Shown: positions 7,151 to 17,550, counted from the first letter of the stretch. The stretch: DNA of 64,000 nt from Candidatus Omnitrophota bacterium (GCA_021735045.1 JAIPHU010000004.1:2929-66928), one strand, 5' to 3'. Program-made: numbers and translations. Notes: generated by a model not told the origin, from the sequence alone.

Positions 7151-9934
7151 ATGAAATATAAAGATACTTTGAATTTACCCAAAACTTCTTTTCCGATGCG
7201 GGCGCACTTGGCTAAACGTGAACCGGAAAGAATTGGTAGTTGGGAAAGATCTGATATTTATAATAATTTGCGCAAAGAAAGAGCCGGGCGTGATAAGTTT
7301 ATTCTTCATGATGGGCCGCCTTATGCTAATGGGCCGATTCATATTGGCCATGCTTTAAATAAAATCTTAAAAGATATAATCGTAAAATTCAAGTTTCTAG
7401 ATGGGTTTGATTGTCCATTTATAGTTGGATGGGATTGCCACGGTCTTCCTGTAGAACATCAGCTATTTAAGGAGCTTAAGCAAACCAAACATGATGTTGA
7501 TATTATTGAGTTTCGCAAGAAAGCTTATGCTTATGCAGAAAAGTTTGTTCGCCTACAAACTCAAGACTTTAAGCGTCTGGGGATTTTTGCTGACTGGAAA
7601 AATCCTTATCTTACCTTCAACTCTAATTATGAATATTCAGTAATGAAACTTCTGGAAAGGTTAACTCAAGATGGTTATATATATCGGGGAAGAAAACCAG
7701 TTAACTGGTGTTCGAGCTGTGAGACTGCTTTAGCAGAAGCAGAGGTTGAATATAAAGATAAAAAATCCGAGTCTATATATTTTCTTTTTAAGGCACAAGA
7801 TTTTGGAGAAAAAATATCTGAAAATTTAAGCAAAGAGACTTATTTTTGTGTTTGGACTACAACTCCCTGGACTGTTGTTTCCAATGTAGCAGTTGCCGTC
7901 TCTCCTTCTCTTACTTACAATTTAGTTTCTTATAAGGATAAATATATAATTATTGCTCAGAAGCTGCAAGCAACTTTAGAAGAAAAACTAAGTTGTAAGC
8001 TCGAAGTTGTTAAGACTATTGCCGGCAAGGACCTCCAAGGAGTTAGATTAGTCCATCCTTTTATTGATCGATCTTCTCCGGTTGTATTAGCAGATTTTAT
8101 TTCATCAGAAGAAGGAACCGGCTGTGTGCATATTGCTCCGGGCCACGGACAAGAAGATTTTTCTTTGCAGAAAAAATATAATTTACAAATTATAATGCCG
8201 GTTAGAGAAGACGGAAAATTTATTGAACCAGAAGAGTTTAAAGAAAAAACCATTTATCAAGCCAATGATTTAGTTATAAGCAAATTAAAAGAAAAAGAAA
8301 GATTGGTTTGGCATGAAACCATAAATCATTCATATCCACATTGCTGGCGTTGTAAGAAGCCTATAATTTTTCGAGCTACATACCAGTGGTTTTTTGATGT
8401 TGATTATGATCAACTTCGGAAAAAACTTTTTGAAAAAATCGATACTGTAGAATGGATTCCCAGCAATGGCCAGGAAAGAATGAAATCAATGATTCGCCTC
8501 AGACCTGATTGGTGTCTTTCTCGACAGCGCCTTTGGGGTGCACCGATACCAGCCTTAAAATGTAACTCCTGTGGAAAAGTTTTTCTAGATTCAAAAATTA
8601 TCGCAAAAACTGCTGATATATTTAGGGAAGAAGGTAGCAATTCTTGGTTTTTAAAACCTGTGGATGATTTTTTACCAGAGGGTTTCAGTTGTCCTAGTTG
8701 CCAAGCAGAAAGTTTTGCTAAAGAGTTTGATATCTTAGATGTTTGGTTTGAGTCAGGAGCAAGTTTTAATGCGGTTTTAGAGGATAGAGAAACATTGAGA
8801 TGCCCGGCTGACTTGTATCTGGAGGGAAGCGACCAACATCGGGGTTGGTTCCAAGTATCATTAATTCCTGCTGTAGCAGCTAAATCTTTAGCGCCGTTTA
8901 AATCAATCCTAACTCACGGATTTGTTGTTGACGGAGAAGGAAAAAAGATGTCGAAATCTTTAGGTAACGTTATCGCTCCTCAAAATATTTCGAAAAAGTA
9001 TGGAGCTGAGATTTTACGCCTTTGGACAGCGTTTTCAGACTACCGAGAAGACGTAAAAATATCAGATGATATTATAAAACAGTTAGCTGATCTTTATCGA
9101 AAGATTCGCAATACGATTCGTTATATCTTAGGCAATATCTGTGATTTTGATCCAAAAAAACATAAATTTGACTTTTCTGAATTAACCGAAATAGACAGAT
9201 ATATGCTGTCGAAAACAATGCTGTTTTTTCAAGAAACTCACAAACTATATAATTCTTATAGTTTTTATAAGGTCTGTCAAACCATTTTTCGTTTTTGTAA
9301 TCAAACCTTAAGTTCTTTTTATCTTGACATTTTAAAAGACCGCTTGTATACTCAGGCACCTGATTCATACCCACGGCGTTCTTCGCAATTTGTTCTTTCA
9401 AAAATTTTGTTTATTCTGCTAAAACTTATTTCACCGATACTTTCATTTACTGCAGAAGAAGCGTACAGTTGTTGGGACATAAAAGATAAAGATTCATCTA
9501 TCTTTGTTTCGGAACTCAAAGGCTTATATAAAAAAAATCAAGTTGACCATCAGCTTTTAAACAAATGGGAAAAACTAATATCTTTGCGGCAGAAGGTTTT
9601 AAAAGAGATAGAGAAAAAGCGAGAAGACAACTATATAGGCAGCTCTTTACAGGCTCATATTATTTTATCTTTTGAGCAAAAAGATTTAAACTTTTACCAA
9701 AAAAATAAAGATAACTTGGCAGAAATATTTATTGTTTCAGAAGTTACTATCCGAGAAGGAAAATTTAATATTGAAGTCAAAAAAGCTCAAGGAGAAAAGT
9801 GTATCCGTTGCTGGAACTGGAAAAAAGACATCGGAGAAGACAAGAATTTTCCCCAAATATGCAAAAAATGTATTAAGGCAATTAAGGAGGCAGGTTATGA
9901 AAAAGAAAAGCAGTCAAAGGAAGAAGACAACTAA
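7151..9934 (+). CDS. ileS: isoleucyl-tRNA synthetase
   Basis: HIGH motif PYANGPIHIGHALN, KMSKS motif KMSKSLGNVI and a C-terminal zinc finger CIRCWNW...CKKC. Confidence 0.95.
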   Translation: MKYKDTLNLPKTSFPMRAHLAKREPERIGSWERSDIYNNLRKERAGRDKFILHDGPPYANGPIHIGHALNKILKDIIVKFKFLDGFDCPFIVGWDCHGLPVEHQLFKELKQTKHDVDIIEFRKKAYAYAEKFVRLQTQDFKRLGIFADWKNPYLTFNSNYEYSVMKLLERLTQDGYIYRGRKPVNWCSSCETALAEAEVEYKDKKSESIYFLFKAQDFGEKISENLSKETYFCVWTTTPWTVVSNVAVAVSPSLTYNLVSYKDKYIIIAQKLQATLEEKLSCKLEVVKTIAGKDLQGVRLVHPFIDRSSPVVLADFISSEEGTGCVHIAPGHGQEDFSLQKKYNLQIIMPVREDGKFIEPEEFKEKTIYQANDLVISKLKEKERLVWHETINHSYPHCWRCKKPIIFRATYQWFFDVDYDQLRKKLFEKIDTVEWIPSNGQERMKSMIRLRPDWCLSRQRLWGAPIPALKCNSCGKVFLDSKIIAKTADIFREEGSNSWFLKPVDDFLPEGFSCPSCQAESFAKEFDILDVWFESGASFNAVLEDRETLRCPADLYLEGSDQHRGWFQVSLIPAVAAKSLAPFKSILTHGFVVDGEGKKMSKSLGNVIAPQNISKKYGAEILRLWTAFSDYREDVKISDDIIKQLADLYRKIRNTIRYILGNICDFDPKKHKFDFSELTEIDRYMLSKTMLFFQETHKLYNSYSFYKVCQTIFRFCNQTLSSFYLDILKDRLYTQAPDSYPRRSSQFVLSKILFILLKLISPILSFTAEEAYSCWDIKDKDSSIFVSELKGLYKKNQVDHQLLNKWEKLISLRQKVLKEIEKKREDNYIGSSLQAHIILSFEQKDLNFYQKNKDNLAEIFIVSEVTIREGKFNIEVKKAQGEKCIRCWNWKKDIGEDKNFPQICKKCIKAIKEAGYEKEKQSKEEDN

Positions 9935-10391
9935 AAAAAAGGCTAGCAAAGCGAAAAAAACAACAGCAAAAAAGAAAACCATAAAGAAAAAATTTAAAAA
10001 AAAGAAAAAAAGATTTTTAAAAAAAGAGTTGAATGCTTATCGAGAAAAACTATTAAATCTTAAGGATGATCTTATGAAGCAAATCCAAGAGATTTCTGAT
10101 GAATCTTTACGCAAATCACAACAGGAAGCCTCCGGTGATATCTCTGCCTACAGCTTGCATTTAGCAGATCGGGCTTCTGACAGTTATGAAAGGGACTTTA
10201 ATTTAGGCTTAGTTTCTTCTGAAAGAAGAATAGTGATGGAGATAGACGAAGCCTTAAAAAGGATCGATGAAAAACAGTACGGTTTTTGCCAGATGTGTAA
10301 AAAACCGATTGCAAAAAGAAGGTTAGACGCTATACCTTATGCTCGATACGGAACAAAATGTCAGAAAAAAATCGAAGAAGAAGAAAGATAG
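9897..10391 (+). CDS. DksA/TraR-family zinc-finger protein with lysine-rich N-terminal extension
   Basis: ATG at 9897 with an AAGGAGG site. It has a highly basic K/T-rich N-terminus and a C-terminal CQMC...RLDAIPYARYGTKCQ TraR/DksA-type finger. It overlaps the ileS 3' end by 38 nt. Confidence 0.65.
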   Translation: MKKKSSQRKKTTKKKASKAKKTTAKKKTIKKKFKKKKKRFLKKELNAYREKLLNLKDDLMKQIQEISDESLRKSQQEASGDISAYSLHLADRASDSYERDFNLGLVSSERRIVMEIDEALKRIDEKQYGFCQMCKKPIAKRRLDAIPYARYGTKCQKKIEEEER

Positions 10392-10833
10392 GCTAAAACT
10401 TCTCCTTACTCCATCTATTGCTTTTTTTATTATTGGCCTGGATTTTTGGATAAAAACTTATCTTCGCCTTAACTTTTCCTTCCAATCCTTCCCCTTAATC
10501 GATAAGTTAGTCTATATTACAGTTGTTTTTAATACCGGTACTGCTTTTGGCTTTTTGCAGGATAAGGCTAACTTGTTGGTTTATCTTACCTTAATTTTAA
10601 TATTAATATTTTTATTTGTTATTAAAAAAGAACAGCAAAAAAGAGTAATTTTTTTAATCGCCACCGGGCTTGTCCTTGGAGGTGCTTTTTCTAATTTAAT
10701 TGATCGTTTGATGCTTGGTGCTGTAGTTGATTATATTGATCTAAAGTTTTGGCCTGTTTTCAATTTATCTGATTCATGCATAACAATTGGGGCAATTCTT
10801 TTAATTATAGATTCATTTCGAAAAAGATCTTGA
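10339..10833 (+). CDS. lspA: lipoprotein signal peptidase II
   Basis: FNTGTAFGFL, NLIDRL and VVDYIDL...FNLSDS motifs. The start is uncertain because the ORF overlaps the dksA-like gene. Confidence 0.8.
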   Translation: MLDTEQNVRKKSKKKKDRLKLLLTPSIAFFIIGLDFWIKTYLRLNFSFQSFPLIDKLVYITVVFNTGTAFGFLQDKANLLVYLTLILILIFLFVIKKEQQKRVIFLIATGLVLGGAFSNLIDRLMLGAVVDYIDLKFWPVFNLSDSCITIGAILLIIDSFRKRS

Positions 10834-11717
10834 TGAAAAAAGTTTTTATAGCTGGCCGAGATGAAGATAAAAAACGCCTTGATAAATTTTTATCTTCTCA
10901 ACTTTCCGATATCTCTCGTTCAAAAATTGCCTCTTTAATCAAAAAAGGTTTTGTTAAAGTAAATCAACAATTTTTAAAAGGGAGTTACTTACTTTCAACT
11001 AACGATAAAGTTGAAATTAAAATACCTGAAGTCGATCAAAGGCTAAAACCTTATAACAAGCCGGTTACAGTACTTTGGGAAGATGAATCTCTTTTGGCGG
11101 TCTATAAACCGCAAGGATTAGTTGTTCATCCTCATGGACAAAATAAAGATAAAACTTTAATTAATGCACTATTGTATAAAGAAAAACAACTTTCTGATAT
11201 TGATCCCGAGAGGCCGGGGGTTGTCCACCGTCTAGATAAAGAAACCAGTGGAGTAATAATTTTAGCTAAAAACAACAAAGTTCATAAACTTTTGGTTGAA
11301 CAATTTAAAAATCGTCAAGTCCAGAAAGAATACTATGCTTTAGTTTGGGGCCAACCTAAAAATGATCAGTTTGAGGTCAATCTTTCTCTGCGCAGAAATA
11401 AAAAAAACCGGCTGAAAATGGAAGTTGGCTTATCTAATTCGAAAAGTGCACATACCAAAATAAAAGTTTTACAAAGATTGGATAATAAGACCAGCCTTTT
11501 GTCGGTATCTCCAAAAACCGGCCGGATGCACCAAATTAGAGTACATTTAAGTTTCCTGGGTTACCCTATAGCCGGGGATAAAAAATATGGTAAAAAAGAT
11601 AACTATAAAAATCTATTTTTGCATGCCTACCGGATAAAGATCAAACACCCTATAGCCGGTAACTTCCTAGAGTTTAAGGCCGAACTTCCCGAGTATTTCA
11701 AAAAATTAATACAATAG
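10833..11717 (+). CDS. rluD: RluA-family 23S rRNA pseudouridine synthase (RluD-like, with S4 domain)
   Basis: An S4-like N-terminus and the catalytic motif HRLDKETSGVIILAKN. The start at 10833 is chosen from the TGATG overlap with the lspA stop; the ORF track extends to 10776. Confidence 0.8.
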   Translation: MKKVFIAGRDEDKKRLDKFLSSQLSDISRSKIASLIKKGFVKVNQQFLKGSYLLSTNDKVEIKIPEVDQRLKPYNKPVTVLWEDESLLAVYKPQGLVVHPHGQNKDKTLINALLYKEKQLSDIDPERPGVVHRLDKETSGVIILAKNNKVHKLLVEQFKNRQVQKEYYALVWGQPKNDQFEVNLSLRRNKKNRLKMEVGLSNSKSAHTKIKVLQRLDNKTSLLSVSPKTGRMHQIRVHLSFLGYPIAGDKKYGKKDNYKNLFLHAYRIKIKHPIAGNFLEFKAELPEYFKKLIQ

Positions 11718-11760
11718 TAGTTGAGTGGACTTTGAGTTTATATATGCTAAAATATTCGTT

Positions 11761-13095
11761 ATGTATAATATAACACCATCTTCAGGGATTAAGGCTGAAC
11801 TAAATATACCCGCTGATAAGTCTATTTCACATCGAGCGGTATTTTTGTCGGCTCTTTGCCCGCAGAAAACAAAAATTTATCCGTTCTTAAGCAGTGATGA
11901 CACCGAGGCAACTCTAGATTGCATGAAAAGATTAGGGGTTAGCTGTTATCGCGATAGTTCTTCTCAAGATAACCTTTATGTCCAAGGAAAAAGTTTGTAT
12001 TTTCCTAAAGAAGGGGAAGCTAAGCTTTTTGCCGGAGAGTCAGGGACTACAATCAGAATTCTAACTGGTTTACTTGTGGGGCAAAAATTTAGTTCTCACT
12101 TTAGTGCAAGTACTTATTTAAGCCGTCGGCCGATGAGCAGAATTATTAATCCTTTATCAGAGATGAAAGCAAATATCAGCGGAAATCGAAAAACTATCCA
12201 AGGTAAAGAAAATATATATCCACCCTTGATGATTGAGCCGGTTCCACAGCTAGTAGGAAAAGAACATAAAAATAAAATTGCCAGTGCACAAGTAAAATCG
12301 GCACTGCTTTTAGCTGGCTTATATGCAAAGGGACAAACTATAGTGGAGGAGCCTCATAAATCTCGTGATCATACTGAAAAAATGCTTAAAAATTTTGGTG
12401 CTGATATCAAAATTAACAACACCACAATCACCTTAACTCCCGGCAACAAGCTAAGGCCTCCCAAAGAAATATTTATTCCTTCGGATTTTTCTTCTGCTGC
12501 TTTTTTTATAGTTTTAGGCCTGATCTTAAAAAACAGTCAAATAACCATTAAAAATGTTAATCTTAATTCTACTCGTTGCGGTTTACTAAAAGTCTTAAAA
12601 AGGATGAATGCAGACATAACTATTAAAAACCAAAAGAATGCTGTTGAACCTTATGGTGATCTGGTAGTAAAGAGCTCTAAACTAAAGCCAACTATTGTTG
12701 AACCAGAGGAGATTCCAGCAATGATCGATGAAGTGCCCATACTTTGTGTTGCAGCAGCTTTTGCTAATGGAAGAACTCAAATTAAAGGAGTAAAAGAGCT
12801 TACCGTAAAAGAAACCGATAGAGTCAACTCAATGCTTGTTAATTTAGGTAAAGCTGGTGTTGGTATAGCAAAAAAATACTACGGCCAAGATGACTTAAAG
12901 ATAGAAATAAACGGCAGCCGAAACTATAAAGGCGGAGAGTTTGAAAGCTATGGCGATCACCGTACTGCCATGAGCATGGTGATATTTGCTTTAACTGCCA
13001 AAGGGCCCAGTTCTATTGATGATCTAAGATGCATTAATAAGTCATTTCCGGAGTTTATGAAAATAGTTGAAAAAATTAAAAAAGATGAAGATTGA
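11761..13095 (+). CDS. aroA: 3-phosphoshikimate 1-carboxyvinyltransferase (EPSP synthase)
   Basis: LNIPADKSISHRAVFLSAL and GESGTTIRILTG motifs. An alternative upstream start lies at 11725. Confidence 0.85.
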   Translation: MYNITPSSGIKAELNIPADKSISHRAVFLSALCPQKTKIYPFLSSDDTEATLDCMKRLGVSCYRDSSSQDNLYVQGKSLYFPKEGEAKLFAGESGTTIRILTGLLVGQKFSSHFSASTYLSRRPMSRIINPLSEMKANISGNRKTIQGKENIYPPLMIEPVPQLVGKEHKNKIASAQVKSALLLAGLYAKGQTIVEEPHKSRDHTEKMLKNFGADIKINNTTITLTPGNKLRPPKEIFIPSDFSSAAFFIVLGLILKNSQITIKNVNLNSTRCGLLKVLKRMNADITIKNQKNAVEPYGDLVVKSSKLKPTIVEPEEIPAMIDEVPILCVAAAFANGRTQIKGVKELTVKETDRVNSMLVNLGKAGVGIAKKYYGQDDLKIEINGSRNYKGGEFESYGDHRTAMSMVIFALTAKGPSSIDDLRCINKSFPEFMKIVEKIKKDED

Positions 13096-13705
13096 TCTTC
13101 CCTGTTTACCAAAAAAGATAGTTTTAGTTGGCTTAAACTACAGAAAGCACGCTAAAGAACTCGGTATGGATATTCCCTCTGAGCCGATTCTTTTTCTTAA
13201 ACCTCCTTCTTCACTGATTAGATCAGGCCAGGATATTATTTATCCCCAAGGAGTTAAGCGCATTGATTATGAAGCAGAGTTAGCAGTAATCATTAAAAAG
13301 AGGGCTAAGTGCATTAAAGAAAGCCGGGCAAAGGATTATATTTTAGGCTATAGTTGCTTAAATGATGTTACTGCCCGTAATCTACAAAAAAAAGATGGCC
13401 AGTGGACCAGAGCTAAGTCTTTTGATACCTTTTGCCCTCTCGGGCCTTGTGTTGAGACCGACTTAAATCCTGATTCGTTAAAGATTCAGACTTTTCTTAA
13501 TGGTAAAATCAAACAAAGTTCCAATACATCAGATTTTATTTTTTCGGTTAACTATATACTCTCTTTTATCTCTAAAGTTATGACCCTGGAGGCTGGCGAT
13601 ATAGTTTCAACCGGTACACCTGAAGGGATAGGGCCAATGCAAAAAGGCGATAAGGTAGTTGTAGATATCGAAGGCATTGGGAGTTTAGAAAATCAAGTAG
13701 TTTAA
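13085..13705 (+). CDS. fumarylacetoacetate hydrolase (FAH) family protein
   Basis: [12 protein letters not shown] and GTPEGIG motifs. Start chosen as MKIDLP; the ORF track starts at 13067. Confidence 0.75.
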   Translation: MKIDLPCLPKKIVLVGLNYRKHAKELGMDIPSEPILFLKPPSSLIRSGQDIIYPQGVKRIDYEAELAVIIKKRAKCIKESRAKDYILGYSCLNDVTARNLQKKDGQWTRAKSFDTFCPLGPCVETDLNPDSLKIQTFLNGKIKQSSNTSDFIFSVNYILSFISKVMTLEAGDIVSTGTPEGIGPMQKGDKVVVDIEGIGSLENQVV

Positions 13706-13718
13706 AAAGGAGGCAAAA

Positions 13719-14135
13719 TTGAAAAGTTTAACTAAATATTTAACTTTTAACACCAAAAAAGAAGTAGAACTTATTAACATTACCAATCAGATTGAATCTT
13801 TAGTTGCAGAAAGTAAGATTAAAGAAGGAATTTGTCTGGTTAATGCAATGCATATTACAGCTTCAGTTTTTATAAATGATGAAGAAGAAGGCCTAAAACA
13901 AGATTTTAAAGATTGGCTCGAAAAGCTTGCTCCCAAAGATGTTTCTTTGTATCGACATAATTTAGGCGTAGAAGATAACGGGCACGCTCACCTAAAACGA
14001 ACCATTATGGGCCGAGAGGTTGTAATCGCAATAACTCAGGGAAAACTTGATTTTGGTCCATGGGAACAAGTTTTTTATGGCGAATTTGATGGAAAACGCT
14101 CAAAAAGAGTAGCTGTTAAGTTAATTGGCGAATAA
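13719..14135 (+). CDS. YjbQ/UPF0047-family protein (secondary thiamine-phosphate synthase-like)
   Basis: [13 protein letters not shown]...GHAHLKR pattern typical of the YjbQ family. Confidence 0.7.
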   Translation: MKSLTKYLTFNTKKEVELINITNQIESLVAESKIKEGICLVNAMHITASVFINDEEEGLKQDFKDWLEKLAPKDVSLYRHNLGVEDNGHAHLKRTIMGREVVIAITQGKLDFGPWEQVFYGEFDGKRSKRVAVKLIGE

Positions 14136-14230
14136 TCAGTTGGAAATAGGTTTTAATTTATGTTATATTATAATGGTGGAGAAAATATTAAATGTATGGT
14201 TAAAATTGATCAATAACAGGAAGGTGTAAG

Positions 14231-15229
14231 ATGAAAAGCAGAAAAAATTTTACTTTGATTGAACTGTTGATTGTAGTTATTATTTTAGGTACTGTAGCTA
14301 CTTTTGCAATTCCTGCTTATCGAAATGTGGTAGAAAACTCCAAAGCTAAAGTATGTCGGACAAATTTAAAACTTTTGATCGGGGGAGTAAAATCATATGC
14401 TCTTGAAAACGATAAACTGCCTGGATCTTTGGGCCAGCTTAGAGATAGACACCTAGATAGAGCTTGGGCTCAAATTTTAGAAAAAGAAGATAGATGGAAG
14501 ATAGATTTAGCTTATTTAATTGTTAATATCGACAAAGGAAAATTAGCTTTTGCACAAGGAAGCTGGGATGATATGATCTCTTTAACTTGTCCTGCCGATG
14601 ATACACCGCCGCCACAAGGCCATTCCTATGGAATAAACAAAAATATTGCTAATATGAGCCTTGAAGATTTTAAAAAGTTACCAGAGGATACCATAATAGT
14701 TGCTGATAGTAATAATCCAACTTTTACAAAAGTTTTACACAGACATAAACATTATAATCTAACCGGCGCCAGTAAATACGGACAATCAGCTACAAAAGAT
14801 AAACAGCTTAGAGTTCATGGGTTAAGCAGCTCTGTCAAAGTTCCTGGAGTAAGCAGAAAACCTAGTAAAATGAATCCTTCTGGAATAGAACAAAGAAATG
14901 GACGCCCTGTTTACTCACCTGGTCTTGGTAATAGCCCTGTTTCACCTGCAGCTTCTAACTCTCCTATAGATAGAACTATCGGAAATTTTGGTTCAGGGGA
15001 GTTAAGTGATGAAAATCCTGACCAGGGTGGATATGGTAGTGATGTAACCAGTTCTGCTGGTTTTAATCAACTTAATAGACCGGTTGAGTCAACAGCTCCT
15101 GCTGAAAGTAGCTCCGGAGGTCATTCGCGTCCTCAACCAAGCCAAACTGCAGAAGATGATCAAGAAGCAGAAGAGGAAGATGATGACGACGATTGTCCTT
15201 GGTATGACCCATTTTGTTGGTTTAGTTAA
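14231..15229 (+). CDS. type IV pilin / pseudopilin-like protein with long low-complexity C-terminal tail
   Basis: Prepilin-type N-terminus KNFTLIELLIVVIILG. The C-terminal third is Ser/Pro/Gly-rich followed by an acidic EEEDDDDD run and a terminal CPWYDPFCWFS. Confidence 0.65.
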   Translation: MKSRKNFTLIELLIVVIILGTVATFAIPAYRNVVENSKAKVCRTNLKLLIGGVKSYALENDKLPGSLGQLRDRHLDRAWAQILEKEDRWKIDLAYLIVNIDKGKLAFAQGSWDDMISLTCPADDTPPPQGHSYGINKNIANMSLEDFKKLPEDTIIVADSNNPTFTKVLHRHKHYNLTGASKYGQSATKDKQLRVHGLSSSVKVPGVSRKPSKMNPSGIEQRNGRPVYSPGLGNSPVSPAASNSPIDRTIGNFGSGELSDENPDQGGYGSDVTSSAGFNQLNRPVESTAPAESSSGGHSRPQPSQTAEDDQEAEEEDDDDDCPWYDPFCWFS

Positions 15230-15260
15230 ATAAAAGATATCTAGCAAAAAAAACAATAGA

Positions 15261-17522
15261 GTGCAAAACAAAAAATATTCATTTCTTGTAGTTTTTGCTT
15301 TCATATCTTTCCTTTTTTTTCTTTATTCCCCCGACTATACAGCTAAAATAGATGACCTTATAAGTAAAGTTTTCTACGCTATTCAAAAAGATCAACTCGA
15401 TCCGTCTAATCTTGTCGTAGTCAAAATCGATGATAAAACGCTCAAAGAAGTTAATAGTAAATGGCCTTTTGACCGTAGTTTATATGCAAAAGCACTCAAA
15501 ATAATTGATAAATATAACCCAAAAGTAATAGGAATAGATATTGTTTTTGCCGGTGAAGGTAGCAAGGAAAAAGAAGATCAAGTTTTTGCATCCGCTTTAG
15601 AAAAAAATAAATCACCGGTAGTTTTAGCATATTTTTTGGGAAAAAAAGGTAAGCCCATATATCCTCAGAAAGAACTTAAGTTAAATGCAACCACAGCATT
15701 TATCAACGTTCCAGCTGGCGATGATCAGATTATCCGTTATGCACGCGGCTATTACAAAAAAAATAATTTTTCAGATTTTTCCTGGACAGTTAAAATTGCT
15801 TCTTATTTTTACAACACAACTCCTCAAAAAGAGTTAAATAAAATTGCAATTAATAAAACTGAAATTCCTCTTGAAGTAAATCAAATATTTTTAATAAACT
15901 ACTTGTTGAAACCAAAAGATTTTCATAATATTTCTTTTTATCAAATATTTTCTAAGGATTTTTCGCCTAAAATTTTTACCGGAAAAATAGTATTAATATC
16001 ACCAACCTTAGAGATAATCCATGATATCTATTCTACTCCTTTAGGAAAGATGCCGGGTATCTATATACACGGCAATGCACTTTTTAATATTATTCACAAA
16101 AAAATAGTACAAAATACTCCGTTTATATTAAATTTTATTTTTTTACTAATAGCTTTGTTAGCTATTGGATACTTTTTTATAACTTATACATTTTTGCGTT
16201 ATATTATTCTTTCTACCGGTGTCTTGCTTTTATTACTTTGGGTCGATATTGGTTTAAGATTTAATGGATTTCAACTCCCTTACGGAAAGATAGCAGTTTC
16301 ATGTTTTATGTTTATAAGTTTAGGGGCTGCCTATAGCTATCTAAATTATCTATTAGCTGTTGCTAAAATTAAAAATCGTGCCGTAGTTGACCCTCTAACC
16401 GGACTTTATAATATAAGATATTTTTTTGAACGTCTCTCTTTTGATACAAAAAAAATACCTAGACCGAAAATATATGAGGTTATAGTACGAATAAAAGGGT
16501 TCAAGAAAGCTTTGAATGATTTAAGTTTTTCTGAAATTAAATCTTTCTGGAACGAACTAGACAGTCTTTTGCATTCGATATCTAAACTTTGGTGTAGTTA
16601 TTCTCAAGAAACGATTATTGGAAAAGTGACTACCATAAAAAAGCTTGATATCCTTAAGGAAAAAATCAAAAATTTATTATCTAAATACCAAATTCAGATC
16701 AACGTTCAGCTAGGGGCTATAAAGTTAACCCCTAAACTACTACAAAAAGCAGCTTTATCTGAACTAATAAATAAGATTGACCAAAGCGAAAAAGAAATAA
16801 TTCTTTTCAACGAAAAAGAATTAACTGTTTCAAAACATAAAAAAAATAAAATTTCAGATTTTCTTTCTTCCCTTTATGCTGATACTGAAGAAAAAAATAG
16901 AGAGCTTCTTCTCCATATAAAAAAGATTAAAGAAGAAGAAAACAAAACAAAAAAAGCATATCTTCAGCTAGTAGCTTCTTTAATCTCTGCTTTAGAATCT
17001 AAAGATCCCTATACTGAAGGACATTCAAACCGAGTTTGTAAATATGCTTTGATGCTAGCTGATCAAATCGATTTATCAAAAGAAGAGAAAGACAAAATAG
17101 AAAAAGCTGCTTTATTGCACGATTTAGGAAAAATCGGTATCTCTGATTACGTTCTTCATAAAAAAGGTAAGTTATCCGAAACAGAATTTAATATTATAAA
17201 GGAACATTCAACTACTAGTGCAAAAATTTTAAAACCCATTGATGAATTTAAGGAAATTATTCCTTATATATTACATCACCACGAAAGCTTTGACGGAAGT
17301 GGATACCCCCATGGACTAGCTGGTAACTTCATCCCCCTTGGTGCCCGAATCTTAGCGGTAGCAGATATTTTTGATGCCTTAATTACCGGAAGAGACTACA
17401 AAAAGGCCTTCGAGCCTAAAAAAGCAACAGCTATACTTAAAGATATGAAAAATAAGAAACTAGACCCAAAGCTAGTAGATAGTTTTATTGCAGCTTTAAA
17501 GAAAAACCGAATTATTGATTAA
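15261..17522 (+). CDS. membrane sensor: CHASE2-like periplasmic domain, degenerate GGDEF, HD-GYP phosphodiesterase domain
   Basis: Signal/TM then WPFDRSLYAKAL...IGIDIVFA (CHASE2-like), three TM helices, DPLTGLYNIRYF with no intact GGDEF motif, and an HD-GYP domain HHHESFDGSGYPHGL. Confidence 0.75.
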   Translation: MQNKKYSFLVVFAFISFLFFLYSPDYTAKIDDLISKVFYAIQKDQLDPSNLVVVKIDDKTLKEVNSKWPFDRSLYAKALKIIDKYNPKVIGIDIVFAGEGSKEKEDQVFASALEKNKSPVVLAYFLGKKGKPIYPQKELKLNATTAFINVPAGDDQIIRYARGYYKKNNFSDFSWTVKIASYFYNTTPQKELNKIAINKTEIPLEVNQIFLINYLLKPKDFHNISFYQIFSKDFSPKIFTGKIVLISPTLEIIHDIYSTPLGKMPGIYIHGNALFNIIHKKIVQNTPFILNFIFLLIALLAIGYFFITYTFLRYIILSTGVLLLLLWVDIGLRFNGFQLPYGKIAVSCFMFISLGAAYSYLNYLLAVAKIKNRAVVDPLTGLYNIRYFFERLSFDTKKIPRPKIYEVIVRIKGFKKALNDLSFSEIKSFWNELDSLLHSISKLWCSYSQETIIGKVTTIKKLDILKEKIKNLLSKYQIQINVQLGAIKLTPKLLQKAALSELINKIDQSEKEIILFNEKELTVSKHKKNKISDFLSSLYADTEEKNRELLLHIKKIKEEENKTKKAYLQLVASLISALESKDPYTEGHSNRVCKYALMLADQIDLSKEEKDKIEKAALLHDLGKIGISDYVLHKKGKLSETEFNIIKEHSTTSAKILKPIDEFKEIIPYILHHHESFDGSGYPHGLAGNFIPLGARILAVADIFDALITGRDYKKAFEPKKATAILKDMKNKKLDPKLVDSFIAALKKNRIID

Positions 17523-17550
17523 TATCTATATCCATTCATCTAACTAACCC

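Noticed and set aside
7957-9401. Several minus-strand ORFs inside ileS (and similarly inside valS, uvrB, groEL, ABC-F and others)
   Set aside because: These are antisense ORFs within well-supported long genes. They have no ribosome-binding sites or domains.
9935-10020. Poly-A/K tract after ileS as possible low-complexity intergenic repeat
   Set aside because: It is in frame within the DksA-like ORF and encodes the lysine-rich N-terminus, so it is coding low complexity rather than a separate repeat element.
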